Below are positions 36,422 to 43,696 of a DNA stretch of 64,000 nucleotides, in pieces. The translations under genes and the position numbers were made by a program. The notes beneath the pieces were generated by a model. It was not told where the DNA came from and did not search any database. It saw nothing but the letters and a program-made list of their open reading frames with translations. The stretch is taken from the NCBI GenBank assembly GCA_049970055.1, contig JBMFNR010000001.1, positions 544,001 to 608,000 of the forward strand, read 5' to 3'. Origin of the DNA: Fervidobacterium sp. GTDB lineage: Bacteria > Thermotogota > Thermotogae > Thermotogales > Fervidobacteriaceae. Every line of letters starts with the position of its first letter. Position 1 is the first letter of the stretch.

Positions 36422-38359
36422 ATGGATCTGCGTTTAAAATGGTACATTATGACTTTTGTTACCGCTTTTTTAATTGTTTCATCAATACTTTTTTCTGAAA
36501 GTATTGTGTATAAAACAGGTGAATCTATGGACGGAAAATTAATAGGCGCGATTGATCAAAACCTAGTGTTTGATACTACTTTGGGCCGTATATTTGTTCC
36601 TATTCAGCAGGTAGATTTCGTTATTTACAATAAAATAGTGAATCCAGAGAAAGGTTTCATTTCAATTTCTGGTAATAAAATCTCTGGATATGTGGAAAAC
36701 ATAAACGATGGATACGTAACCGTTGTGACGAACTTTGGAAAAATGAAAATTAAGTTATCTAATGATATAGATTACCTGTCCTTCTCAAAGGTCGATCTTC
36801 AAATACCAAGCCAAGTTAGCACTTTTACTGTTGAGCTTACCACGTCAGATAATTACGCGGTATTTTTGTCCTCGGGTGAGATGGTTACTGGCATGAAATT
36901 AAGCGAAAATGAAGGGTATCTAACGCTGATCGATAAGTATGGAAATGAGCTGCAAATAAGAAGAGATTTTGTTGAAACAGTTTTTATTCCTGTCGTAAAA
37001 GCCATAGGTTATGACCTTTTAATACTAAAAGATGGGAGAAAAATTTACGGCAAAGTCACAACAAAAAATAACCAAATTTATGAGATCTCCGCTGAATGGG
37101 GAAAATTAACAATCAGTGTTTCAGAAGTTGTATTTACAACTTATAGGCCTGACAAAACAACTCAATCTCTTCAACAATTTACTCAAGAAGTACAAAAATT
37201 AAATAACTTAATTTATGACAAAGATTCAATAGCGACCATGGTGGTTAAAAACCCTCTTAAAGTCGATGGTAAAGAAGTGAGAGTTGTAAAAGTTTACCCC
37301 GAGGAAGTTGTTGATCCACGAACAGGTGTCGTATTCGTTTTTGTACCTGGTGGAATATTCAAGATGGGAGCGGAAAAGGATTGGGATAAGGTCGAAGAAG
37401 ATGAGTTGCCGTCAAGAAATGTATATGTATCTGGTTTTTACATCTCAAAATATCCGATTACGGTTAAGCAATACATCGATTTCTTGCGAGCTGCACAAGT
37501 TTCGAATGTTGCCATAGGTAACAATATTTTACCAGTTCAAATTAATTTTCTCGGTTCACAGTTCAACGTGAGTTATAAAGCCCAAAGCGATGTTCTAAAT
37601 TTACCTATAACAGGTATCAGTTGGAACTCTGCAAAGGCTTATTGTGATTGGGCTGGTTATCAATTACCAACAGAAGCACAATGGGAAAAGGCTGCACGAG
37701 GTACAGATGGAAGAATGTACCCGTGGGGAAACACCTTCCAAAACAAGTACAACGACGGAAAGAAAAATTATGATGTGAAAGCTTTCGAAACTACTGATGT
37801 TTCACCTTACGGTGTGGTTAATATGTACGGGTACCCAGTTGAGTACTGTCGTGATTTTTACGATAAAGATGCCTACAAAAAGCTACCAGCTGAAAATCCG
37901 GTTAGCACTTCTGGGAATTTGGTTGTTGGCCGTGTTGGAGCACTTTCCGGGCGGATCACCGACAAGATAGCAGTAGCCCCATCGGAAATTCGTAATGACT
38001 TTACGTTTAGAGTAGTCATTAATGCAGACAATATATTCACCCTTTTTGATAAACCAACTAACAATAAATTAATGGGAGTTACGTGGTTCGTGGTAAACGA
38101 AAAGGTGAAAACGCAATACAATATAAAAAATGAAGGCATGTATATTGCCTTTGTAGAAGAAGGTTCCCCTGCACAACTCGCTGGTATTAAAATCGGAGAT
38201 GTAGTAATCAGTATAGACAAAAAGCCGATAAAAACCCAAGATGACATAGTAAAAAGTATTTCCGGGAAAAAGATTGGTGATGAGGTAACGGTAACCGTTA
38301 ATAGGTCTGGAAAAATTATAGATTTGAAAGTCAATTTGGGAATTTGGAAACTCTATTAA
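36422..38359 (+). CDS. Exported protein: N-terminal repeats + FGE/sulfatase-modifying (SUMF1-like) domain + PDZ
   Basis: PGGIFKMG, ISKYPIT, YCDWAGYQLPTEAQWEKAARG and YPWG motifs; PDZ GSPAQLAGIKIGDVV. Confidence 0.85.
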   Translation: MDLRLKWYIMTFVTAFLIVSSILFSESIVYKTGESMDGKLIGAIDQNLVFDTTLGRIFVPIQQVDFVIYNKIVNPEKGFISISGNKISGYVENINDGYVTVVTNFGKMKIKLSNDIDYLSFSKVDLQIPSQVSTFTVELTTSDNYAVFLSSGEMVTGMKLSENEGYLTLIDKYGNELQIRRDFVETVFIPVVKAIGYDLLILKDGRKIYGKVTTKNNQIYEISAEWGKLTISVSEVVFTTYRPDKTTQSLQQFTQEVQKLNNLIYDKDSIATMVVKNPLKVDGKEVRVVKVYPEEVVDPRTGVVFVFVPGGIFKMGAEKDWDKVEEDELPSRNVYVSGFYISKYPITVKQYIDFLRAAQVSNVAIGNNILPVQINFLGSQFNVSYKAQSDVLNLPITGISWNSAKAYCDWAGYQLPTEAQWEKAARGTDGRMYPWGNTFQNKYNDGKKNYDVKAFETTDVSPYGVVNMYGYPVEYCRDFYDKDAYKKLPAENPVSTSGNLVVGRVGALSGRITDKIAVAPSEIRNDFTFRVVINADNIFTLFDKPTNNKLMGVTWFVVNEKVKTQYNIKNEGMYIAFVEEGSPAQLAGIKIGDVVISIDKKPIKTQDDIVKSISGKKIGDEVTVTVNRSGKIIDLKVNLGIWKLY

Positions 38360-38901
38360 CTTAGCTTTTCAAAGAAGTACTCTTCAAACTTTTTTACTTT
38401 GCCCGCATCGACGTCACAGAAGATAATTTTTTCAATTGGACCATTGTAATCTTTTAAATAATCAATTAAAGTTTCGATAACGACATGTGCAAATCTTTCA
38501 AATGGATAGCCGAAAATACCTGTTCCAACGAACGGTAATGCGATGTTTTTCACACCGAGTTCATCTGCCTTCTCAATTATGTTTGTTATACATTTTTTCA
38601 TAATTTCATCGTTTTCTAACTTGTCTCCAATGGGACCAACGGCATGTATGACATATTTAGCCGGTAAGCTACCAGCACTTGTGACAGCGACTCCTCCTGG
38701 TGGTACCGGTCCATGTTTTTTCACATATTCGTCACTTTCTTTTTGGATTTCGGGCCCTCCTCTACGCGAAATTACACCTGCAACTCCCCCACCGTGACTC
38801 AAGTGCAAATTCGCAGCGTTCACTATTGCGTCGACATTTTGCATGGTGATATCATCTACGATAAAATGTATCTCAACAGGCTTCTTACCAAAACTTATCA
38901 T
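38356..38901 (-). CDS. Macro-domain ADP-ribose hydrolase
   Basis: DIT, AIVNAAN, HGGGVA, IHAVGP and GTGIFG motifs. Confidence 0.93.
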   Translation of the reverse strand: MISFGKKPVEIHFIVDDITMQNVDAIVNAANLHLSHGGGVAGVISRRGGPEIQKESDEYVKKHGPVPPGGVAVTSAGSLPAKYVIHAVGPIGDKLENDEIMKKCITNIIEKADELGVKNIALPFVGTGIFGYPFERFAHVVIETLIDYLKDYNGPIEKIIFCDVDAGKVKKFEEYFFEKLS

Positions 38902-38935
38902 CTTTTACCACCTCTTATTGCTCAAGTTAAATAAT

Positions 38936-39679
38936 TTAGTCTTTTCGATCTTCTTCAAATCTCTCCGGCCAAAGTTTTCTGTATATTTCACCTATTCTTG
39001 CTTCTTTCGATATGTTATTAGGGTAATAGAATCTTTCTTTTATCTCCTTTGGTAAGTAACTTTGCTTTACAAATCCACCAAACGCATGGGGATATTTGTA
39101 ACCGCTATCCTCAACGTTTAGCAAGTGCCTTGGTACGGGAATGTTCATAGATTGCTTGGCCACCATTTGCGCTTTGTTTACGGCTTCGTAACTTGAATTA
39201 CTTTTTGGGGCAAGAGAAAGGTATATTACACACTCTGCTAGGTTAATAACACATTCTGGTAAACCAACGTTCTCAACTGCTTGCATAGTTGCCGTGGCCA
39301 GTACAAGAGCGAATGGATCTGCAAGGCCTATATCTTCGCTTGCTAGTATGACAAGCCTTCTTGATATAAACCTTGGATCTTCCCCTCCATTTAACATACG
39401 TGCCATATAGTAGAGTGCAGCATCTGGGTCACTTCCTCGAATGCTTTTTATAAAAGCGGATGCTAAGTTATAGTGTTCCGAATCTGTATATTTTGTTAGA
39501 TTTTCACCTACGTACATTTCAAATACTTCTTTATCTATGGTGCTTTTTCGCATCACCTTTGCCATGTTCGAGAGAATTTCGTAGGTGTTGATTAAGAATC
39601 TACCGTCGCCATTTGAAGATTTAACAAGCTGTTCTTTAATTGTATTCTCAACTTCGACACCAACGTAGGAAATTACCCT
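38936..39679 (-). pseudogene. rarA: rarA/mgsA 3' part (247 codons), separated from the 5' part by an insertion
   Basis: Open frame RVISYVGVEV...SNGDGRFLIN...SAFIKSIRGSDPDAALYY...ASEDIG...PKSN...YKYPH. Confidence 0.92.
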
Positions 39680-39713
39680 TACGTAAACAATCGGTAAAAT
39701 CTAAATTACGTAC

Positions 39714-39742
39714 TTGACAAAATGTTGTTTTTGTGGTATAAT
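39714..39742 (+). promoter_or_regulatory. Perfect-consensus sigma70 promoter inside the insertion
   Basis: TTGACA-17 nt-TATAAT with extended TG. Confidence 0.9.
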
Positions 39743-39790
39743 TTAGACGAAAAAGATTAACACAATTTTAACAATGCCAACTTAAACTTC

Positions 39791-39890
39791 TAACTTAGAT
39801 TATGTCTAATTTAGACATGGTCTAAGTTATTGCTTACATGTCAATAATACATAGCTTAGACAAGGTCTAAATTGTACTTTGTCTAAGCTA
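39791..39890. repeat. Two 39-nt palindromic units built from TTAGAC-N3-GTCTAA boxes
   Basis: Units at 39791-39829 and 39852-39890, 29/39 identical, with a 22-nt spacer. Confidence 0.9.
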
Positions 39891-39938
39891 AGTGTTTTCA
39901 TCGGCGTAACATCAAACTGTAAAGAAAGGGTGATGAGA

Positions 39939-40712
39939 ATGTGTAGGTTAGCGGCTTTTAGTAATCTAAAAGTTAAGGGTAAGTGGTTAGATTATCTAAC
40001 ACTTGCTCAAGGTGGTGATGGTAACGGGTTTATTTACCCCACCCCCGACATTGATATGAGAAAAGTAAAGGAAGGGCGGTTACACCACGAACTCTTTGGT
40101 GACTTCGTGGTTTCTAAATGGTACATAGAACCCGAGGTCACCATTGACTTTGAAGTTTCAACAATCTACTACAATTTTGGCATTGCTCAAGAAGTAGTCG
40201 AGCCAAAGAAAAAGTACAGACTCGTAGACTACGAGCATATGAACATTGCATCAAAGCCATGGTTACTATTCCACACCAGACTTGCAAGTGCTGGAGAACG
40301 GAAACTCGAAAATGTGCATCCAGCCATAGCAAAAAACGTACTACTGATGCAAAACGGTCACGACGTGAATTTTACCAAAAAGTTAGCAAAAGCGATGAAC
40401 TACAGTTACCTCGGAACAGATTATCATACAATAGCTTGGATGCTCGCTGACGGCGTGATAAAGCCAGAGTTATTGCTACATTCAACAAGTAACTGGTTCA
40501 TTATTGACATCGAAAAAAGAACATTCACCATTGTAAGCGCCAAAGAATTTGACCCACTCTTCTTCCACAAGAGCGGGAAGGGGTTCTATATTGCCTCTGA
40601 ACCGCTCGAAACAAATCACAAAGGATTTTACTTCACGGGTATCATTCGCTTTAACATCACGAGTGAGGGACTTAAAATATTAGACGAAGATATCGAAGTA
40701 CACGAAAAATAG
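39939..40712 (+). CDS. Stand-alone class II glutamine amidotransferase / Ntn-hydrolase (YafJ/EgtC-like), 257 aa
   Basis: Start MCRLAAF (Cys2) with GAAAGGGTGA RBS; DGNG, HTRLAS-x-G...NVHP, QNG, GTD and IASEPL motifs. Confidence 0.82.
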   Translation: MCRLAAFSNLKVKGKWLDYLTLAQGGDGNGFIYPTPDIDMRKVKEGRLHHELFGDFVVSKWYIEPEVTIDFEVSTIYYNFGIAQEVVEPKKKYRLVDYEHMNIASKPWLLFHTRLASAGERKLENVHPAIAKNVLLMQNGHDVNFTKKLAKAMNYSYLGTDYHTIAWMLADGVIKPELLLHSTSNWFIIDIEKRTFTIVSAKEFDPLFFHKSGKGFYIASEPLETNHKGFYFTGIIRFNITSEGLKILDEDIEVHEK

Positions 40713-40742
40713 TTGGAAAGCATGGAAGGTCTCACTTTTAAT

Positions 40743-40776
40743 AAAAAAGCGAAAAAAGGGGACGGTTTCCCACGCT
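40743..40776 (-). terminator. Putative terminator facing the host rarA transcript
   Basis: Minus strand reads GGGA-AACCG-TCCC followed by two T6 tracts; the stem is short. Confidence 0.45.
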
Positions 40777-40837
40777 AGAGCGGATTATACGACGTATATC
40801 TTCAACCAAATAGCCACCACCTTCTGTTGTTGACCAT

Positions 40838-41323
40838 GTTAAGGAGTTTTTCAAGATCTTGTTCGGAAAGCTTTCTAAATCTCAACATTCTACACCGTGA
40901 AAGTAGAGCTGGGTTTATAACATGTTGCGGATTTTCAGTTGTTGTTCCAAAAAGCACGTAGGTACCAGTTTCTACACCGGGTAAAAAAACATCCTGCTGT
41001 TTTTTGTTAAACCGATGGATTTCGTCTACAAATATTAGGATTTTCTTTATTCCTCTCATATTACGCGCGTACTTTTCCAAGTTCTTTATATCTTCAGTGC
41101 TTGTAAATGCTGCGTTCATTTGGACAACTTCGTAGTTGGTGTATCTTTTGATAAGATTCACCACAGAACTCTTCCCGCTTCCGGGAGGTCCGAAAAGTAT
41201 TGCGGAAAATAAGTTGTTATTCTCAATTGACACACGTAAAAAAGCACCCTCGCCGAGAAGGTGCTCCTGACCAACAAAATCTTCAAAAGTATTAGGCCTG
41301 AGTATTTCGCTTAAACCACTCAA
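40838..41323 (-). pseudogene. rarA: rarA/mgsA 5' part (162 codons, AAA+ core); reads 11 codons into the insert and stops at 40802
   Basis: LRP-x-x-x-x-DFVGQEHL, GPPGSGKS, VDEIHRFNKKQQD, TTENP and ALLSR motifs. Confidence 0.92.
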
Positions 41324-42227
41324 CAGTTTTCTTCAACCCCTCTTCGAGCGTGTACTTTGGTTCCCACTTTAGTTCGATCCATGCACGATTATAGCAAAGC
41401 AAACTTTTTCTTATATCGCCTTTCCTGTGGGGGCCATAGATAGGATCCTTTTTGTATCCGGTAAGCTTCTTTAGCAATTTGAACAATTCGTTTGTAGTTG
41501 TTCCAGTTGCTGTTCCGATGTTAATAACAAGACCATCACCTTTTTCCATTGCCTTTATGTTTGCATCTACTACGTCTTCTACGTAAACGTAATCTCTTGT
41601 GTATTCTCCATCACCAAATATTGTGCAATCTTCGTTTTTTAGCATTCTTGAAGTAAAAATAGCTACAACTCCAGCTTCACCGTATGGGTCTTGCCTTGGA
41701 CCGTAAACATTACCGTATCTTAAAACGGTGTACGAAAGGCCAAATTCTTTGCTAAAAAACCTCAGATAATTTTCAACAGCAAATTTTGCAATACCGTATG
41801 GAGACATTGGCTGCGGGAAAACACTTTCAGGAGTTGGGAAGACCTTGACGTCCTCGCCATAAATAGCTCCACCTGTAGAAGAGAATATAAATTTTTTTAC
41901 GCCATGTCCTATCGATGCCTTTATTAAATTTATGCTTCCAATTATATTCCAATTTGCATCTTTAACAGGGTCCTTTACGGAAATAGCCACACTTGCCTGC
42001 GCTGCCAGATGAAAGACGTATTCGAATTTTTCAGATTCAAATAATTGATCTGTTTTCTCACTTTCGTAAATGTCCATTTCTAAAAACTTAGCTTTTGGAT
42101 TAACATTCTCCCTCTTTCCAGTCGAAAGGTTGTCTATAACAACCACGTCGTGGCCCAGTTCGACTAATCTGTCTGTAAGATGTGATCCAATAAAGCCAGC
42201 TCCACCCGTTACTAGTACTTTACTCAT
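41292..42227 (-). CDS. UDP-glucose 4-epimerase-like extended SDR
   Basis: TGGAGFIGS, HLAAQ, SSTGGAIYG, YGIAK and RYGNVYGPRQ motifs. Confidence 0.92.
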   Translation of the reverse strand: MSKVLVTGGAGFIGSHLTDRLVELGHDVVVIDNLSTGKRENVNPKAKFLEMDIYESEKTDQLFESEKFEYVFHLAAQASVAISVKDPVKDANWNIIGSINLIKASIGHGVKKFIFSSTGGAIYGEDVKVFPTPESVFPQPMSPYGIAKFAVENYLRFFSKEFGLSYTVLRYGNVYGPRQDPYGEAGVVAIFTSRMLKNEDCTIFGDGEYTRDYVYVEDVVDANIKAMEKGDGLVINIGTATGTTTNELFKLLKKLTGYKKDPIYGPHRKGDIRKSLLCYNRAWIELKWEPKYTLEEGLKKTVEWFKRNTQA

Positions 42228-42738
42228 CAACTTCATCCTCCTTTATTTTTCCTTTCAATGTGTAAACTTCTTCTGGTATTTCTAGATTCATTCTTTGCTC
42301 TTTTATAAACTTTTCTAACTCCTCGGCTTTTTCTTTAGTAAAATCAATCAAAACTGAGTAAAACCTTCTTAATTTTCTTCTCGTGTCCGCATCCAAATCG
42401 TACACCATCAGATTTGCAATTTGTTCAGCTTTTTTTTCAGGCACTCCCACCACATACATGAAAAAATACTTTATTCTTGACTCGCCTGATTTTAACATCT
42501 GAGCTATTCTTAAGCCACGTGGGGTGAGTTTTACAAAACCATATCTTTTGTGGTCAACGAGCCCAAGCTCTACAAGTTTTTTCACAGCATTAGTTGCGCT
42601 CGCATAAGATACACTTTTCAATTTAGCTATTTCTGAAATTCTTGCTACGCCTTCTTTTTCGATGAGAGAATATATCGCAGAAATGTAGCTCATAACTGTC
42701 GATGTTAATTTTGTTTCATGCTTGTTTTCGCTTTTCAC
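42220..42738 (-). CDS. DtxR/MntR-like winged-helix regulator
   Basis: YISAIY...ARISEIA...KKLVELGLV...VKLTPRG. Confidence 0.82.
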   Translation of the reverse strand: MKSENKHETKLTSTVMSYISAIYSLIEKEGVARISEIAKLKSVSYASATNAVKKLVELGLVDHKRYGFVKLTPRGLRIAQMLKSGESRIKYFFMYVVGVPEKKAEQIANLMVYDLDADTRRKLRRFYSVLIDFTKEKAEELEKFIKEQRMNLEIPEEVYTLKGKIKEDEVDE

Positions 42739-42768
42739 AAGTCCTTCCTCCTTGTAATCTACTCATAT

Positions 42769-43386
42769 TTACTCATTTTTCCTCTCGATTTTACCCGTCA
42801 TTTCTTGCAAAAACGTATCGTAATAGTTTCTCACCTTTTTAATATCTTGCCAAGTTAAGTCTTTTGGACTTCCCTTTTCTTTCGATGGATTTCTTAGTAG
42901 ATAACTGGGGTGAAACATTGGAAAGATTATTATTCCGCCTTTCCAAATAAATTCCTTCCCTCGTATCTTCGTTATACTTTCTTCCTTTCCTAAAAAAAAC
43001 ATAGCAGCCGTACTACCAAGTGGAACTATCATTCTTGGGTTTATTACTTCTATCTGTGCAATTAAATAATGTGAGCATGCCTGGATTTCCAAGTTTGTGG
43101 GAACCCTATTATTCGGTGGACGGCATTTGACAACATTTGTAATATAAACTTCCTCTCTTTTTATATTTACTGATTCAAGAATCTTCGTCAATAGCTGACC
43201 CGCTTTTCCGACAAACGGTCTTCCCTGATTGTCTTCTTCTTCACCAGGCCCTTCACCTACAAACATAATGGGTGAATATATATTACCTTCCCCTGGTACA
43301 ACATTTTTCCTCACTAAACCAAGAGGACAGCTTTTACAATCTTTTATTCTATCTTCGATGGCCTTTATTAACTCTTCTTTTTTCAT
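42769..43386 (-). CDS. udg: Family 4 uracil-DNA glycosylase ([4Fe-4S])
   Basis: CKSCPL, GEGPG, PFVG, KCRPPNNR and HPSYLL motifs. Confidence 0.95.
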   Translation of the reverse strand: MKKEELIKAIEDRIKDCKSCPLGLVRKNVVPGEGNIYSPIMFVGEGPGEEEDNQGRPFVGKAGQLLTKILESVNIKREEVYITNVVKCRPPNNRVPTNLEIQACSHYLIAQIEVINPRMIVPLGSTAAMFFLGKEESITKIRGKEFIWKGGIIIFPMFHPSYLLRNPSKEKGSPKDLTWQDIKKVRNYYDTFLQEMTGKIERKNE

Positions 43387-43535
43387 ATCATCACCTATCT
43401 TTTAGTGTCTTTTAAATGGTATGAAGATAAACTAACATTGTTATACTAACATTTTTATTATACCACAAAATGCTTATAATATGCAAGTGGTTTGCTAAGA
43501 CATTAAATTAATCGACATATGTATATAAATAGAAA

Positions 43536-43565
43536 TAACCCTGCTTGTTCGCTTAAGCAGGGTTA
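43536..43565 (-). terminator. Hairpin or terminator after the ABC operon
   Basis: TAACCCTGCTT-N8-AAGCAGGGTTA. Confidence 0.7.
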
Positions 43566-43696
43566 AAAGTTTTATTCGATTAATTTTATTAATTTGATTA
43601 TGGAGAGTTAAACTGTCTACAGGTTATCACAGTTTACCGTAGTTTATGATAGTTTATAGTATTTTATTATAGACAATCAACAACTATTATCGACTA

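Larger units (their letters stand above)
39680..40837. mobile_element. 1158-bp non-autonomous insertion interrupting rarA
   Basis: Removal restores the rarA frame. GTMAACAA inverted repeats sit 3 bp inside each end. Carries one cargo ORF and no mobility gene. Confidence 0.85.

Noticed and set aside
37300..38030. FGE/C-lectin domain as a diversity-generating retroelement target
   Set aside because: No reverse transcriptase or template repeat was seen, and the domain is followed by PDZ.
39791..39890. CRISPR mini-array
   Set aside because: Only two units, 10 mismatches between them, a 22-nt spacer, no typical repeat ends and no cas genes.
39879..39938. ORF-track N-terminal extension of the cargo gene (TTG start at 39879)
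   Set aside because: It overlaps the palindrome and has no RBS. ATG 39939 has an RBS and puts Cys at position 2, as Ntn hydrolases require.
39678..40835. The rarA insertion as a self-splicing group I intron: a U|...G| junction at 40836/39678 would also restore the frame
   Set aside because: I see no convincing P1/IGS or ordered P-Q-R-S core. The cargo ORF and promoter are antisense, and a terminator-like structure lies in the splicing direction. RT-PCR across the junction would settle it.
39680..40837. Insertion as an intein or in-frame domain (length is a multiple of 3)
   Set aside because: The rarA frame stops at 40802 and again near 39701, and the cargo is on the opposite strand.
39680..40837. 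Autonomous IS or prophage
   Set aside because: There is no transposase, integrase or phage structural gene in the insert or elsewhere in the window.
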